A DNA stretch of 63,658 nucleotides, filler included, from Choristocarpus tenellus KU-1152 (taxonomy: Eukaryota > Protista > Phaeophyceae): the NCBI GenBank assembly GCA_964200185.2. It is 12 parts of 12 records of this genome, joined end to end, with 100 filler letters (N's around TTAATTAATTAA, not from the genome) between each part and the next. Parts side by side here need not be neighbours in the genome. Positions count along the whole stretch, not along the records: positions 23,608 to 30,473 come from CAXNAD020007186.1; positions 30,574 to 36,398 come from CAXNAD020009664.1; positions 36,499 to 40,615 come from CAXNAD020016128.1; 9 more parts are not named here. One strand, given 5' to 3'. This document shows, piece by piece, positions 26,901 to 39,579 of this stretch; the first letter of the stretch is position 1, and each line of letters starts with the position of its first letter. A model generated the notes under the pieces. That model was not told the DNA's origin, did no database searches, and was given only the letters and a program-made list of their open reading frames with translations. Made by a program: the position numbers and the translations under genes.

Positions 26901-29070
26901 GTGAAACACTAGCCTACACACACCTTTCAGGAAGCACCATATATGCACCAGCTAATGTACGCTTTTATGTGTATTGTACTATGCTGCACTGCAACCATGT
27001 CTTGATCTCTGAACTACCTACACGGCTTCCCTCTCTGTTTCTCTGAAAATCATCCCTTTGTAAGAATTGCTTGTTTTTTTTGTCATCACTCTCCAGAGGA
27101 TAACGATCCTCAGTGTCCTTTTCTCTACAACATGCATAGCCCCACTCCTGTCGATAGACATATATTTCCCAGAATGGGTTGGAAGTCCTTGTTCGAGACT
27201 TAAGATTGAAAGGAGAGATGTCGAGCTTGAGGCATGTCCACTGGTATGTTGGGGAGATATCAGAGGCTTGTGGGCAATGCTCAGATGTGTTGGGACCTCT
27301 CTTCTACGATCACATCTAAGTTTGCATGGTGGGATCTAGTTACTTTGAGAATGCCCCCTGGAGATTAACCAGGCCTTGTCCTAAGCCGCTAGCTATGTAT
27401 ATAAAGTATAGACGTCACTGTTGCACCTAAGAATTTATAATAAGCAAATGAACAGATCTCAGATAGACCTTTCAACCATGATAGTACACATTTTGAACTG
27501 TATGTCTGCTCTATAATATACTCTGGAGAATGTAGTATGATATGTCACCATGTAAGATGTACATTTTTTGCTTACAAGCTGTGGAGGAGCATACTCTTTT
27601 TAACATGCATTCCAGATGTTATATCATACGTTCAATACCTCCTGGATTAATTCACTTTTCAGGTACACAGATTTCTTAGGTGAAAACGGAATCGAGAAAA
27701 TGTGCGAACTTCTTCGTTTCCTTGGCTTGCATGAGGACCATGCATCAAATCTTGCCTCTTACTTCTACCCTCAAGACAAATTTGGGGTGCACAGGATGAT
27801 ATTCATGATTGATGGTACTAAGGGTCACCAGCATGTCACTACAGGTACTTACGATAGAGAGACTCAACTAAAGATCCTGCAGCAAGTGGAAGCCTATGAC
27901 AGGATCTTGGAGGTGAGATTGGGTATGTATTTAATATCCCCTGCTCCATTTGTCACCCCACATATCATACATCGCCTTGTCAGTAATTCTCAGTTCGTGG
28001 TTCAGGGAGGTGTGAAATTGAGTTGTGTATTTGCAACTGTGGCATATATACATACATATTTATGTATTTATTTATTTTTTCTGAGTGCAAAGCATGTGAT
28101 GTGGCTCAAGTTTCTAGACCAATGATACCAATACCACAGAAATTCCAGTGTTGCACTTCACACAAGACTCAGTTACTCAGTTATGATTCCCTGTCATTTC
28201 TTTCTTCGTTGTTCCACTCTATAGCACTAGAGCACCTGACAGTTCAATGGAAAGTGCACATTTCCTAGATATAGTGTACTCAATTTTATTGTGTTACCTG
28301 ACATGACATAATGTAGAGCTTGAAAGGGCACCAAGAGTGTCCTCTCCACACCACCTTGTCATGGCATAGTCAGGTTCTTTACTTTTCAGTCCACACGTTT
28401 TGGTCTACAAGTATAGGTTGAGAGAGAGCAGTTAGGAGTTTGGTTAGACCATGAATACTGATCGAATAGCTGTGCTGAACACTGACTTCACTCCTGAAAA
28501 ATTCTTCCATGAAGCACTACGAGCCCAAGTGGGGCCTTTCTTATCTTATACTATTTTCTTTCTTGCTTCCCACACTTCAGCTATTTTGGTCTCAAACTCA
28601 GATGTTCTTACATTAGAGGCGTTTCTGGATGGAGGTTTGACAGTGTGAGGGCGCGTGCTGCTAGCTGAAGTTTTCGTTGGGGCTGTAGTTCAGAGCGTCA
28701 ATGTTCTGTCACTCCGTTGTGTTTCCCAATTTTCAGTCACTTACCGACATTAACGGTCTCTAGCGTATTTTTGCTTTGAAGTTGACAAACATTGGATAGA
28801 AAACGATGAATTTGTGCAATTTCTTATTGTACCTCCTGTAGAATGTAGGCATGAGGAATATAATGCTTTGGGTCACCCTTCCATGTCTCGTCCGTAACCC
28901 ACAGGCCAATGCAGCCCTGGACAATGGCTTGTGTGAAGAATGTTTGTGGTGCAAGTCGCATCATGCTCACTCCTCATCTAATCCAGTACCCTGTTCATAC
29001 TGAGATGGATGCGGTGTTTAACAAGCACAAGTGTCGGCAAGATGCACCTCACCTTGTGGTGCAAGTGTGG
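23980..29070 (+). pseudogene. Decayed multi-exon gene with short introns, product unknown
   Basis: Exon-like blocks with ag/gt ends: DFIKPENRNMSYTELLNSLDTDKGIR, LEVIRSEGAIKCMVTAYCQLLGQDEIYLPV, YLFQFRYGLMRLSIPQRRWYIP, YTDFLGENGIEKMCELLRFLG..RILE. In-frame stops at 26175 (TAA) and 26500 (TGA). Confidence 0.5.
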
Positions 29071-31135
29071 GCATCGAGTTTTGACCTTTGAGCTACATGT
29101 AGGTCGGATTGGGTGAGGAACTGCACCCATTAGGGAGACGAGTTTGTGATGATGTATTCTACACAACTCTCTCAAGAGTTGCACAAAACCTCCCTCATTA
29201 GAGCAAGGCAAAAGGAAAAGAAAGCTTTGCGCATCTCGTGATACACATTGGCAGAGCAAGTTCAGGACAGGAGGGGTATGCTGTCCTTGCTTCTCCCTCC
29301 TGAGCTAGGTTAGCAAAAATGTCAACGAATGGGACATTGTCATAATTTATTGCCCCACTTGTTCTTTGAACCTTTATTCAGAGTGTTCTGGTTCTTGAAA
29401 GAGGATTGCAGTCTGTGGGCTAGCCCGACTTTTTTGTTTCTGAAGATTTGGGCCCTGGCCACTACGGTCTAATGAAGAAGGACAGGTCCAAGCTGTGACC
29501 CGATTTCAGCGGACTGGTCTGGTTGGTAGGGCTTGTCAAAGGCATGCTTGTGTGGACTGTGGTAGTCATTGACATACATCTACTCCGTAGTAATTGGACT
29601 TTTCTGCTTGACTTCTGCTCACGAACAAGTGGTTGTTACTACTGTTGTATCTGATATATTTCAGCCTTTAATAAGTAGAAATTTACTCGAAACCAGCAGT
29701 CAGAAGGAAAATTAGTGATCAGTGTTTCGTGATAATAAGTATACGAAGATGTGAATTTCTGTTACTCATCTAATTTCTTCCTGGCGAGGAGGCTGGTCAA
29801 GTAAGGCTCAGTCTGTCGGAGTGTGGTGCGTGTGTACGACCCTTGTTTGGTATTTTTTGGGAAATGAAGAGAAATATGTGCTCTGCCAACATTAGTAAGA
29901 AGCTTGTGTGTGAGGATGTGGTGCATTATGGTCATATCCCCTCTTCCCTCATATGGTCTGTGTTCTAACTTACTTAATAGTACTATTAGTAGCAGTAAGA
30001 CCACCATTTGCTCCTGGTGATACTATTTGTTCGTGCTTGCTGCTACTCACAGTGGTGCTGTGTAATGTTACTTCTCATGCATGATGAAACATTCATATTT
30101 TACTGATATGTAGTAGGTGTGCAAGAGAATGAATGGGTGGTACTCTAGTTTTCAGATTCCTCCTACTTGACCGGTCACAATCCTCAATCTTCTTTCTTTC
30201 TTCGCTCACTACTTTCCACATATTTTTTGTTCTTGTGCAGTGATTGTATCTCTCGACTAGTGTGTAACACCTTGTTTTGATTACCATTCGACCCCTCATT
30301 CATTTTTTTTTAAAAGAAACAGATCAATAATTTTCTTAGAGATTGTAGTGTAACATCCATATCTTGCAAAAAACAATTATTATTACACCAGGGAGATGGG
30401 CAACGAGGGGCTTGTTAGATTCGTAGGATGCCTCCCTAGCCCCTCATGCTGGAGTACAGGACTAAGCTAGGTTNNNNNNNNNNNNNNNNNNNNNNNNNNN
30501 NNNNNNNNNNNNNNNNNTTAATTAATTAANNNNNNNNNNNNNNNNNNNNNNNNNNNNNNNNNNNNNNNNNNNNGGGGGGGGGAAGGCAGAAAATTTCTGA
30601 AATGCAGTCACCTCTCCTTGCCCCACACCCTGTTCCTTACACCATCATTTACACCATCATAAACCCCATCCCCATAGTATTAAAAATATATTTAACATTT
30701 ATGTTAATTAATTTATGATATATTACACAGTCCAATTTGTAGCAAGGGATGTTCCTTTCGATAAGGTGTCAAATTAGACTCTTCAAGATATGGACATTTG
30801 ATTATTTTCAATTAAATCAAAATCTGTACTGACTAAATTAAATTGCAATTAAAAGAAAGATAGTGCGGTCAATATAGTAAAATATACAATTATATATATA
30901 CCAAAGAATATATGAAGATACTAGTCTATTAATACATGTAATATAGTACATTCTAATTAATGGGAAGGGAGGGCAGGGATAATGTGAATATTAACACCCC
31001 CTACCACTGATTGGACCCTGCCTTACAATATACACAGTATATAATATTTTATCATAGTAACAGTATAGTACTACATAGTATATATTATTATATCATAATA
31101 ATAGTATAATATTGCATAGTATATAAAAATCATAC

Positions 31136-33857
31136 CTGCGACTTTCCTGTCGGATCTGTTCTGCCTCAAGTTCTTCTTTCCACCCACCATCAGGTCGCTC
31201 TGCGACCAGCTCCGGAGCCATGCGCATCAACGATTCTAGTCCCTTGATCAGGCGTTGTTTCTTGGCCTGAAGGCTTCGTCGCTTTTCCACCACACTAGTG
31301 TCCTTTCAGTTACATACAACACACATGTATCAGTTACAAAATAAATGATAAAAAGTTGATCAAAAAGATGAACTGTGAACAGGGGAGGGTGTAGAGGAAG
31401 GGTTCGTGCCTGTCAGAGTAAGAGTACTCTTTCTATTCAACATTACCATGTACAACCAATACACCAGAACGACCTCTTATTCTTTTACCAAACACGCCTC
31501 CTACAATAAAGCGAAATGCCTCCTCCAAAGAAAATACAATAAACAATATTTTTGAGTACAGGTGTATCAACAACACAAGACGAATGTACGTATGCAAGTG
31601 AGGTACAGCAGTGGTCCATCATCTCCTTCCTAACAACCAATCTCTATGTTTGAGTGAAAGTATGTTAGAGGGTCTTTTAGTGACAATTTTTGACCTGTTT
31701 GTCTGTTTGGGGCATGCATGCCTTCCCACAGTTTTTATTAATTATGTTTTTTTTTACCTACTCCGAAATCATTTCAGAGTAGGTAAAACGTATGAAAAGG
31801 TGTATATCAGAACAAGTATATCGACATCTCCTAACAAACACCATAACCAAAATTACAACAAAATCACAACATTGGATTTTGGCACCCAAATGGACGCAGC
31901 TCTACCCTCTAAGATAAGATACTTTGTCTCTATCTTTTGTCACCTCTAGGAACAACTCCTCCACCACTTTGTGATGATTAGTCAAGAGGAACAGTTCAGA
32001 CTCGACACCCCCCAGCAGCTTCACAACAAAGTCCTGTTCCAGTGTCATGCACACATTGTCCACCAGGCGTTTTGTTGCCACGTTCCAATACGCCTGTCCA
32101 ATATCGTGAAAAACCAACCACACCCATCACCACCACCACCACCACCACAGACAAACACACATTTCAGACAAACTTTCAGAGTTGATGACTATCAATACTA
32201 TACAGACACTGATCCTTTCAAACATTATCAAATGTTACTGTGACTGATACAACAGACAACGCTCTTGTTCAAAAAAAGATATGCAATTCACAACTCTAGA
32301 AAACACATCACATCACATCACATCACATCATGTGACATGACATAACACGACTGCTCGTCATCAACTACAGCATTGGATTAGTCGATGCTCTCCTTCTCCT
32401 CTTCATTCATTGGTTTAATTCACCACCCTTCTGATATATGCCCATGATAAAAAAAATCACCCTATTTGTCCTTGTCCCCCTCACCTGCCCTAACCCTAAC
32501 ATCCACATATTTTCTATCATTAGTATACTACACATACATACATACCTATACATACATAATATGTACGTATATAAGGACATTAATGAGACCACGCAACAGC
32601 TAAACAGGCAAATAGACAACACACGCCTGCACCTCCACAACTCCAACCAACGCCAAAATAACACCCTTCACTCCTTCTCATGTGCACTCTAAAAAGGTAC
32701 TATACAAACGCACACACTCATATTTGACAGTACAGTCACAGTTACATTACAGTTACAGATACAAAACCAAAGACCCACCTGCAGCAAGGTACACATGTCC
32801 TCTACGTTGGCCATGGTGCCCACCCCATGATTGACCATATACCACTCCCCCAACCGCTCCATAACACACATCTTCAAGGCCTCCAAGCTCTCCGGCTGGT
32901 CTCCTGCTTCATCCAGTGCATCCTATGGTGACAAAAAAACTCATCAAATACTCAATAGTTTCACTACAATCCTTACATCTTACACACACACATGTGGGGT
33001 TAGGGTTATCGCTATACTACTAGAGCATTACATTATTTATATTTTTATTGTTTTATTGTACACCCCGACAGCCCTAATCACTTTTCTTTTTTTCTAAATT
33101 AAATTTCAAACTACAGAACTAACCCTAGCCCTATAACACAAAGCAGTAATGGAAAAAAATATTACAACCTATCTCTTCAAAACAGAACCAGAGGTGACAG
33201 GGAGTGATTCATGAACAACTCTCAATGACCAAGGCAGGGATTAGGGTTAGGGTTAGGGTTAGGTAGGGTATTGCGGTTCCCAATAGGGCAGTGATGGAGG
33301 GCAAACAGGTTTTCATATAATAGTTGAATGCTATTAATAGTACATTCAATGGAATACTCCACACTTTGTTAAAAATAATAATATACTCAAAGGTGAATAA
33401 GAAAATTATTTTGCTACAGCACCTGAGGTATTTAATGCCATACTGTTGCTGTTGAGTATCATGTCAATACTCCCAAATAGACCATTGATATTTTCGATAT
33501 TGTTGATATTTAATAGTATACGATATTGTCATACCTTGTCACGATCTAGGGGGAACAGGGGGGAAGGCATCTCGTTATTGGAAGGCGGTGGAGATAGACA
33601 TTGAAATAACCCTAACCCTATCTTAACGTCTACTGCTGCATGAGTTGTGACCTCAACCCTCTCCTTGTACCTTCTACGATAGTATATACCCAAGTAACCT
33701 ACAAAACACTAGGGTTAGGGGAAAATATCTACACTACTAAAACTGATACAAATAATACAGCTAATCTGATTAAAATCAACCATACCAGTACTATACTACT
33801 ACTAACACCACGATTGTAATACTAGTATGAATACTGAAATACTACTACTACTACTAC

Positions 33858-33890
<33 letters not shown>

Positions 33891-36006
33891 AAGAACATTG
33901 ATGTACACATAGAGAATTTTCTCAAACGCCACATGAAGACTAAAGACCTGCGCCATGCCATGCCATACTACCACTAAAGGAACTTCACTACCCATACCCA
34001 CCCTAACCCTAAATAATATAATAATATTTTTCATTGGAGCATGCGCTGCACACCTCACCTTCCATCATAAAACAAACCAATCATGTCCTCAACCAACACT
34101 GCAACAGTATAAAACCTACATAATTCAACAAAAATAAATAATAATAATAATAATAATAACAACAAAAATAAATACAAAAATACACACCTGAACAGCCTTG
34201 TCAAAGTGACGGAATCGTATTGTGTTGATGACCTCCAACATGCCCTCATTGGTGGTGAAGGGGTCAGATTCTTTCTGAAAGATGTCATCAATCCTGCCAT
34301 GTTAAAATACACACACATAATCCATCAAAATCCATCAAAATCTATTATCCACCACCACAGAGAAATGAAGAAAAACATCAAAAGGAGGTCATTGAAAGGG
34401 ACAGGCTTGTGGAGCAAGGCTGTCCAATCCCCCCATAGGAACCCTCCAACCTACACCCAACCAAAGCTGAACCAGATTTTTTTTTGAAGTTCAACCCTGC
34501 CCTGACCCCAAACCTCTCCACTCTAACCCTAATTCAACACTACCAAAAGATAATAAATAATAATAAATGTACCATCAATAATAACACACTCTCAAAAACC
34601 ACAAGACTCTTAAGAACGTTATACTGATCCAGACAGCATTAGTGTCTTCTCACAGGTATAGGACAAGCACAACACTAACACTAATGCCTCACTAACAAGT
34701 CAACAAGGGTTACGGTCAATTCAAAAACAAAAGACCCTTTCTCATTTCAAAACTACTACTCAAAAACCTTGTGTCTGACTCCCTGATCACCATAACCCTT
34801 TCTCATTTCAAAAATACTACTCAAAAACCTTGTGTCTGACTCCCTGATCACAGTCCCCACTGAGTCTCGTCCTCTACTTATTCAGTATATTCAATGCATT
34901 CAATAAGTTTATTTTCTCATTAAACATACATACATAGAGTGTAGACTATTCAAACATACAAACATAAACCATTTGCTTGATTTATTTTCAACTAGCTTCT
35001 TGGGGGGGGTGTCCCCACACTCTTACTTACAGTGTGTAACCCAAACCCTAACCCTAAACCTACAATATTAGCGTCAAAATGAATAAAATAGTACTGCTAA
35101 TATCACAATTAATATTAATACTAAAATAAATAAATAATAATAATGTTGAAAATAGGTAGAGTAGAGTCAGAACATGGTATATCAGCAGTGCATTGGTCAT
35201 TGGTCATGTTAGTACTATTAATGCAACCTGTACAAACCATCAATGCAATGAAAAGACACATGTTTAATCATTTCATAATTCAAGAATAATAAAAATATGA
35301 TTCAAGAAGTAGGAAGCACTATTAAAATGTGTACCACGATGAGATAATATCCAAGGTTTTCATTAAACCGTGGAGGCGTAGCAGCCGCAGTAGGACCAGG
35401 CTACTCCCAAAACTTTATCAAAAAGATTAGTCTTATCCAATAGTCTCAACCAATACTACAAAAATAAATAAATAGTTGAGTCCACGAGTGACATTCAAAA
35501 CGGCATAAATATCACCCTCACCGATCCCTTTCAACAGCATAAATATCATAAATAACATAAACTATACATCATCAATATCATCCAACAATACTACTAAATA
35601 CTGTACTGTACTGTATCAATTGTATTGTACTGTACTGTGCAGTGTTGTATTTTATGTATTGTCCCACCTGTTGCTGACCTCCTCTGCAAGTTGTTCTACA
35701 AGACTTGCTAAGGCGTCTCTTACAGCTGCACACAACCGAGGAAACTGTACCGCAAGTGTTTCCACCAGTAAAGAGGCAACTGTAAGAGCTGCATTGGCAG
35801 ACTATATATATATATATATATATATATCGATAAAGACAAAAAAGGGGTTAAGGGTTAAGGGTTAGGGTTAGGGGAGGAGGGCAGCACGAGTGGATGTATC
35901 AGTACAAATAGGTTAGGGTTAGGGGTGACCGGAGAGGGGAAGGGGAAGATGATGGTAGTAGTCGTAAATGACTGGAACAAGATGGTGGTGCATTGCTACA
36001 GAGCAC

Positions 36007-36039
<33 letters not shown>

Positions 36040-36305
36040 GTGATAATAACACTGTGACGTAAGAGATGATATAGACCTTATCTCAGCTAATCATCATAAA
36101 AAATAAAAACCCGCTTCTAATGTCAATCTCTCTTTTAAAAAAAAATCAATATGTAAAGGTGAGGAAAGTGTATCCAAAGGGGACCTACAACCAAAGGGAC
36201 AGACAAGACATACAAGGCAGACAAGACAAGACTTGCCTGTGTGCGGCATGATTCAACAGCAGGGCGCCATGACTCCACATTCTGAATCATGAAACCATAG
36301 AACAC
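31136..36305 (-). CDS. Mx-like dynamin-family GTPase, stalk and GED exons: 36305-36237, 35801-35668, 34293-34188, 32922-32779, 32093-31944, 31302-31136 (5' and 3' ends incomplete)
   Basis: All six exons splice in consistent phase with no stop. Motifs W...V, QFPRL, IFQKESDPFTTN, AYWNVATKRLVDNVCM and LFLEDTSVVEKRRSLQAKKQRL..GL match the Mx/dynamin stalk and GED. Confidence 0.88.
31652..31930 (+). mobile_element. MITE family B, full-length, in an Mx intron about 13 bp from a splice donor
   Basis: GAGTGAAAGTATGTTAGAGGGT ... ACCCTCTAAG(ataag)ATACTTTGTCTC inverted ends. Confidence 0.85.
33236..33270 (+). repeat. Interstitial telomere-like (TTAGGG)n. Shorter runs near 32490, 33000, 33610, 33710, 34005, 35045, 35845-35872, 35910 and 43420
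   Basis: gggattagggttagggttagggttagg and multiple ccctaaccct. Confidence 0.8.
34735..34850. repeat. ~62-bp tandem duplication in an Mx intron
   Basis: cctttctcatttcaaaa.tactactcaaaaaccttgtgtctgactccctgatcac occurs twice. Confidence 0.9.
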
Positions 36306-36366
36306 CTGGACACACATGAGAGGATGTTCGACATTCAAGATCAAAATAAACAAATCAATAAATATG

Positions 36367-36398
<32 letters not shown>

Positions 36399-36498
36399 NN
36401 NNNNNNNNNNNNNNNNNNNNNNNNNNNNNNNNNNNNNNNNNNTTAATTAATTAANNNNNNNNNNNNNNNNNNNNNNNNNNNNNNNNNNNNNNNNNNNN

Positions 36499-37300
36499 CT
36501 CCTGTGGGTCTTCCCGCTCCCCTTCATTACGAAGAGCCTGTCGGTTGTTTCCACCTGTTTCACAATAGTGGAATGTCATCTGTGAGAGGTTGAGGAGTGT
36601 GTTACCAGCATGATAATCTGGGGTTCAAGCTCCATCGAAGACACACACACCTATTGATGGAAAGCTGGTTTCGATTGACGGTTAATCCAAAGTCAATATA
36701 GCAAGAAGGCAGGTAATATGGATTGTACACCCGTACTATCCTATCTGTCCCTATACCACAAAAACGTTGGGCCATAAATCAGGTGGCAAAGGTTCATTGT
36801 CAAGCGAAGATGAGTCAAGTTCAGCACAAGATTTGAGGGAGGAGACAAGACCGACAAACGATGGGATGGATGCCTGAACCCATCACGGAACAACCAAGGA
36901 AAAGATGGAGGTAGTAAAATGAATGAGTCGCAGAGCAACAGTAGGTAGTTTTAGTAGTGAGTATGAGAAGGAGTGCTATGTGTATAACGCCTCCTCTGAC
37001 CAGAAAGTGGTAGATAGTCCCGAAACTAAATGCACTATATGTATGCATACAGGATGGTGGATAAGATTGCGTGTAACTGTGCCATTTTGAACCAAAATCG
37101 AGCATTATAGCGGAAGACAGGGTGGATCATGGGGCCCTTGCGACCACGATACCCTGCTGAAGTTTTCCCATGCCCTTCTTGCCCCCGTGTTGACAGGTAT
37201 TACACCCCTTGTCTACTCTCAACTTCGCTCAATCCCTTCCTGCCCTCTTTTTGCTCAAGTTTGTACCTATTTTCGCCCGACGTTGCAAATACTCCGATTG
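36499..37300 (-). mobile_element. Degenerate Penelope-like element (RT thumb plus possible GIY-YIG start)
   Basis: MLDF...TQSY.PS...YSAFS...H...GGVI..ALL (PLE thumb pattern), then VETTDRL / YCETG (compare YxGETxR). Confidence 0.4.
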
Positions 37301-37302
37301 GA

Positions 37303-37495
37303 GGGTCAAAGAATCTGGGGCGGGGGTGGTGGGGGGGGGGGGGGATGTAAACCAGGGTATCTATTCGGGCCCAGATCAGGCGAAGTGCACTTACACTATC
37401 CATCCGACACATGCAACCAAATCAGCCAAAAATCGCGACATGGAAAAATGGACCCCAAATAGACAGCCGCCACCACCCCCCAGATAATTTGAGCC
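37303..37495 (-). mobile_element. MITE family A, full-length 193 bp, TSD TGGA
   Basis: tgga|GGGTCAAAGAATCTGGGG ... CCCCAGATAATTTGAGCC|tgga. Confidence 0.92.
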
Positions 37496-38029
37496 TGGAC
37501 AAATAATACAATCCTTCTGCCCCACCACAAATCACAAACGTTCCACACTCTCATCCTTTTCTTCATAACATTGGAACTTTTAACCGGTATCATTCCCTCT
37601 TGGTAGGAACCATTCTCTCGTGGCGCAGACGACCTCAGAAATCAGATCATCACCAAGCAAGATCCGGTATGAAGATGAGAGTTTGGAATTTGGAACTTTT
37701 GTGGTGTGTGATTTGATGGAAGGATTGTACTGTTCACCAATGAGAGTACTTACAACAGACGAAGATTGCTACAAATTCGAGCGAAAGGTGGGTAGAAACA
37801 GGTGAGCGACAAGAAGTGGAAACGGGGGGTTGTACCTGTTGACTGTTGTCGACATAATAGGGGCGAGAACGTGCATTGGGAAATTTTAGATTTCTGCAGG
37901 AGGGGTCTCGCAACGGAGGGTCCCATTATCCAACTTGTTTTCCGCTATACACGTTTTTGACACAAAATGGAACAGGCAAAACCGTTTTTATCCACTTCCC
38001 CAGAAAATGTGCTATTATTAACCTTGGAA

Positions 38030-38340
38030 AGTATTGCTATTTTATCAGTAGTGAAGTTAAGAAGATGTGGAGCCTCACACGAGCCCCTTTGCTGAACGTA
38101 AAAGAATGGGTGGATGAAATGAAAAGCGTGACCTTGTGGGGTGTCTGCTTATTTCTTGTTTTATATTATTATTTGTGTCTCGTACGTCAGTCAACGGCTA
38201 TGTCGGGGTAGTTTAAATGCAGTACCAAACTTCGTATGTACTATCACATTACCTATATCACATGGACTCAATCCAATGCTATAATCTCGTATACTCAACA
38301 AAGGGTACACCTTACGAATGTCCTATTTTGCACAGTATAT
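38030..38340 (+). repeat. Dispersed repeat family C (also 48045-48280 and 61203-61630, both minus)
   Basis: Shared gtgaccttgtgg..tgtct...tattattatttgtg...gtcaacg.ttatgtc...atcacatggactcaa. Confidence 0.85.
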
Positions 38341-38358
38341 ATATTAAATATTGGATAT

Positions 38359-38675
38359 GAGTCAATGTGTCTGGGGGGAGGGGGGCGGCTGTCAATTTGG
38401 GGCCCATTTTTCCATTTCGCGATTTTTGGGTGATTTGGTTGCATATGTTGGGTGGATAATGTAAGTGTACCTTTCCTGGTCAGGGCCTAAATGGATACCC
38501 TCGTGTAGACCCCACCCCCCCCCCCCCCCCCCCAGCCCCATCCTTCGTTTTGTAGCGCGTTGCTATTCTATGCTTCTNNNNNNNNNNCCCCCCTTCCCCC
38601 CCCCCCCCCCCTCCCTTCCCTAATAGGGCCCCCCCTTGGTGCCCCCCCCCCCCCCCCCCCAGATACTTCGAGCCT
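38359..38675 (+). mobile_element. MITE family A (spans a 10-N gap)
   Basis: gagtcaatgtgtctggggg ... ccccagatacttcgagcc. Confidence 0.8.
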
Positions 38676-39090
38676 ATATTTTGGACTGGTATTGTGACAT
38701 GATTCCATTAGACGATGGTAGATCAACAAGGTCAGGTCGATATATTACCCCTCAGAATTACTTGGTCAATGAACGTGTTTTCTAGGGGCTGTACGGAGTC
38801 CACGTGAACTTCCCCTCAGTCTCGCATATATTGAACCTTTCAGGTCTGTCTACCTGCGTGATCGCAAACATTTCCACTACTGGAGAAGACCATTGAAGTG
38901 GAGAAACATCCCAGCTCATAGTGGCACACTGATATGCACCAATCTTCAAAATCTGAAACATTGTCGCAATAATTTCGGGAAAACTCTGTTGATTCTACGA
39001 CCTGGTCCAAACAACACCAAATCAACCACAAAAAATATCCCGATTCTTGCCCTCACGACATTTGCTGCAGACGACTAGCATGTGTGCTTT

Positions 39091-39552
39091 TGTTACAGCA
39101 CGCCCCAGAAGCTTACCTCCACAGGATGTATAGTTCCAATCCACAAGCCTATAGGAAATGCTGATGCTCGCGCGAGCCTCTTGGGATACTTCAAGAGTCC
39201 AGAGGAGTCCATCGCACATCAGGTTAGTTGAACGTCAGGTCAGCAGAACAGGGGTACTTTTCTCAATCACTATCAGTATATGGATTTGGTATCGGAATAA
39301 AGAAATGTGATGAGAGGGGATTGATTATCCAAGGCTCTTCAATATTTCTTCCATCGTCATTTACCGTTAATTTGTTTTGGCTAACAGAAGTTGGAATACA
39401 TCTGAAAACCGCTGCATACATTCCCAAGTTGCAGATCTTAATCTGCAACCCTTAGCAAATTGGAGTTCCTCTTTATTAGGTTCCCCGCGCGTCTATACTG
39501 CTCGCGCTTGTTAGAACGCGGGAAGAAATACTCGCGCTATTCGCATGCAACA
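39091..39552 (+). mobile_element. Solo LTR (~460 bp, TGTTAC...GCAACA)
   Basis: TG...CA termini and near-TSD cttt/ctta. Homologous 5' ends at 40316 and 63353, and a homologous 3' end finishing GTAACA at 45956. Confidence 0.8.
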
Positions 39553-39579
39553 CTTACGCGCTCTAACCAGTGTAAGCAG

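Noticed and set aside
30610-30632. 18-nt micro-exon continuing the Mx gene (cag|GGTGTGGGGCAAGGAGAG|gtgact)
   Set aside because: Phase-compatible, but it has no pyrimidine tract and is too short to support without transcripts.
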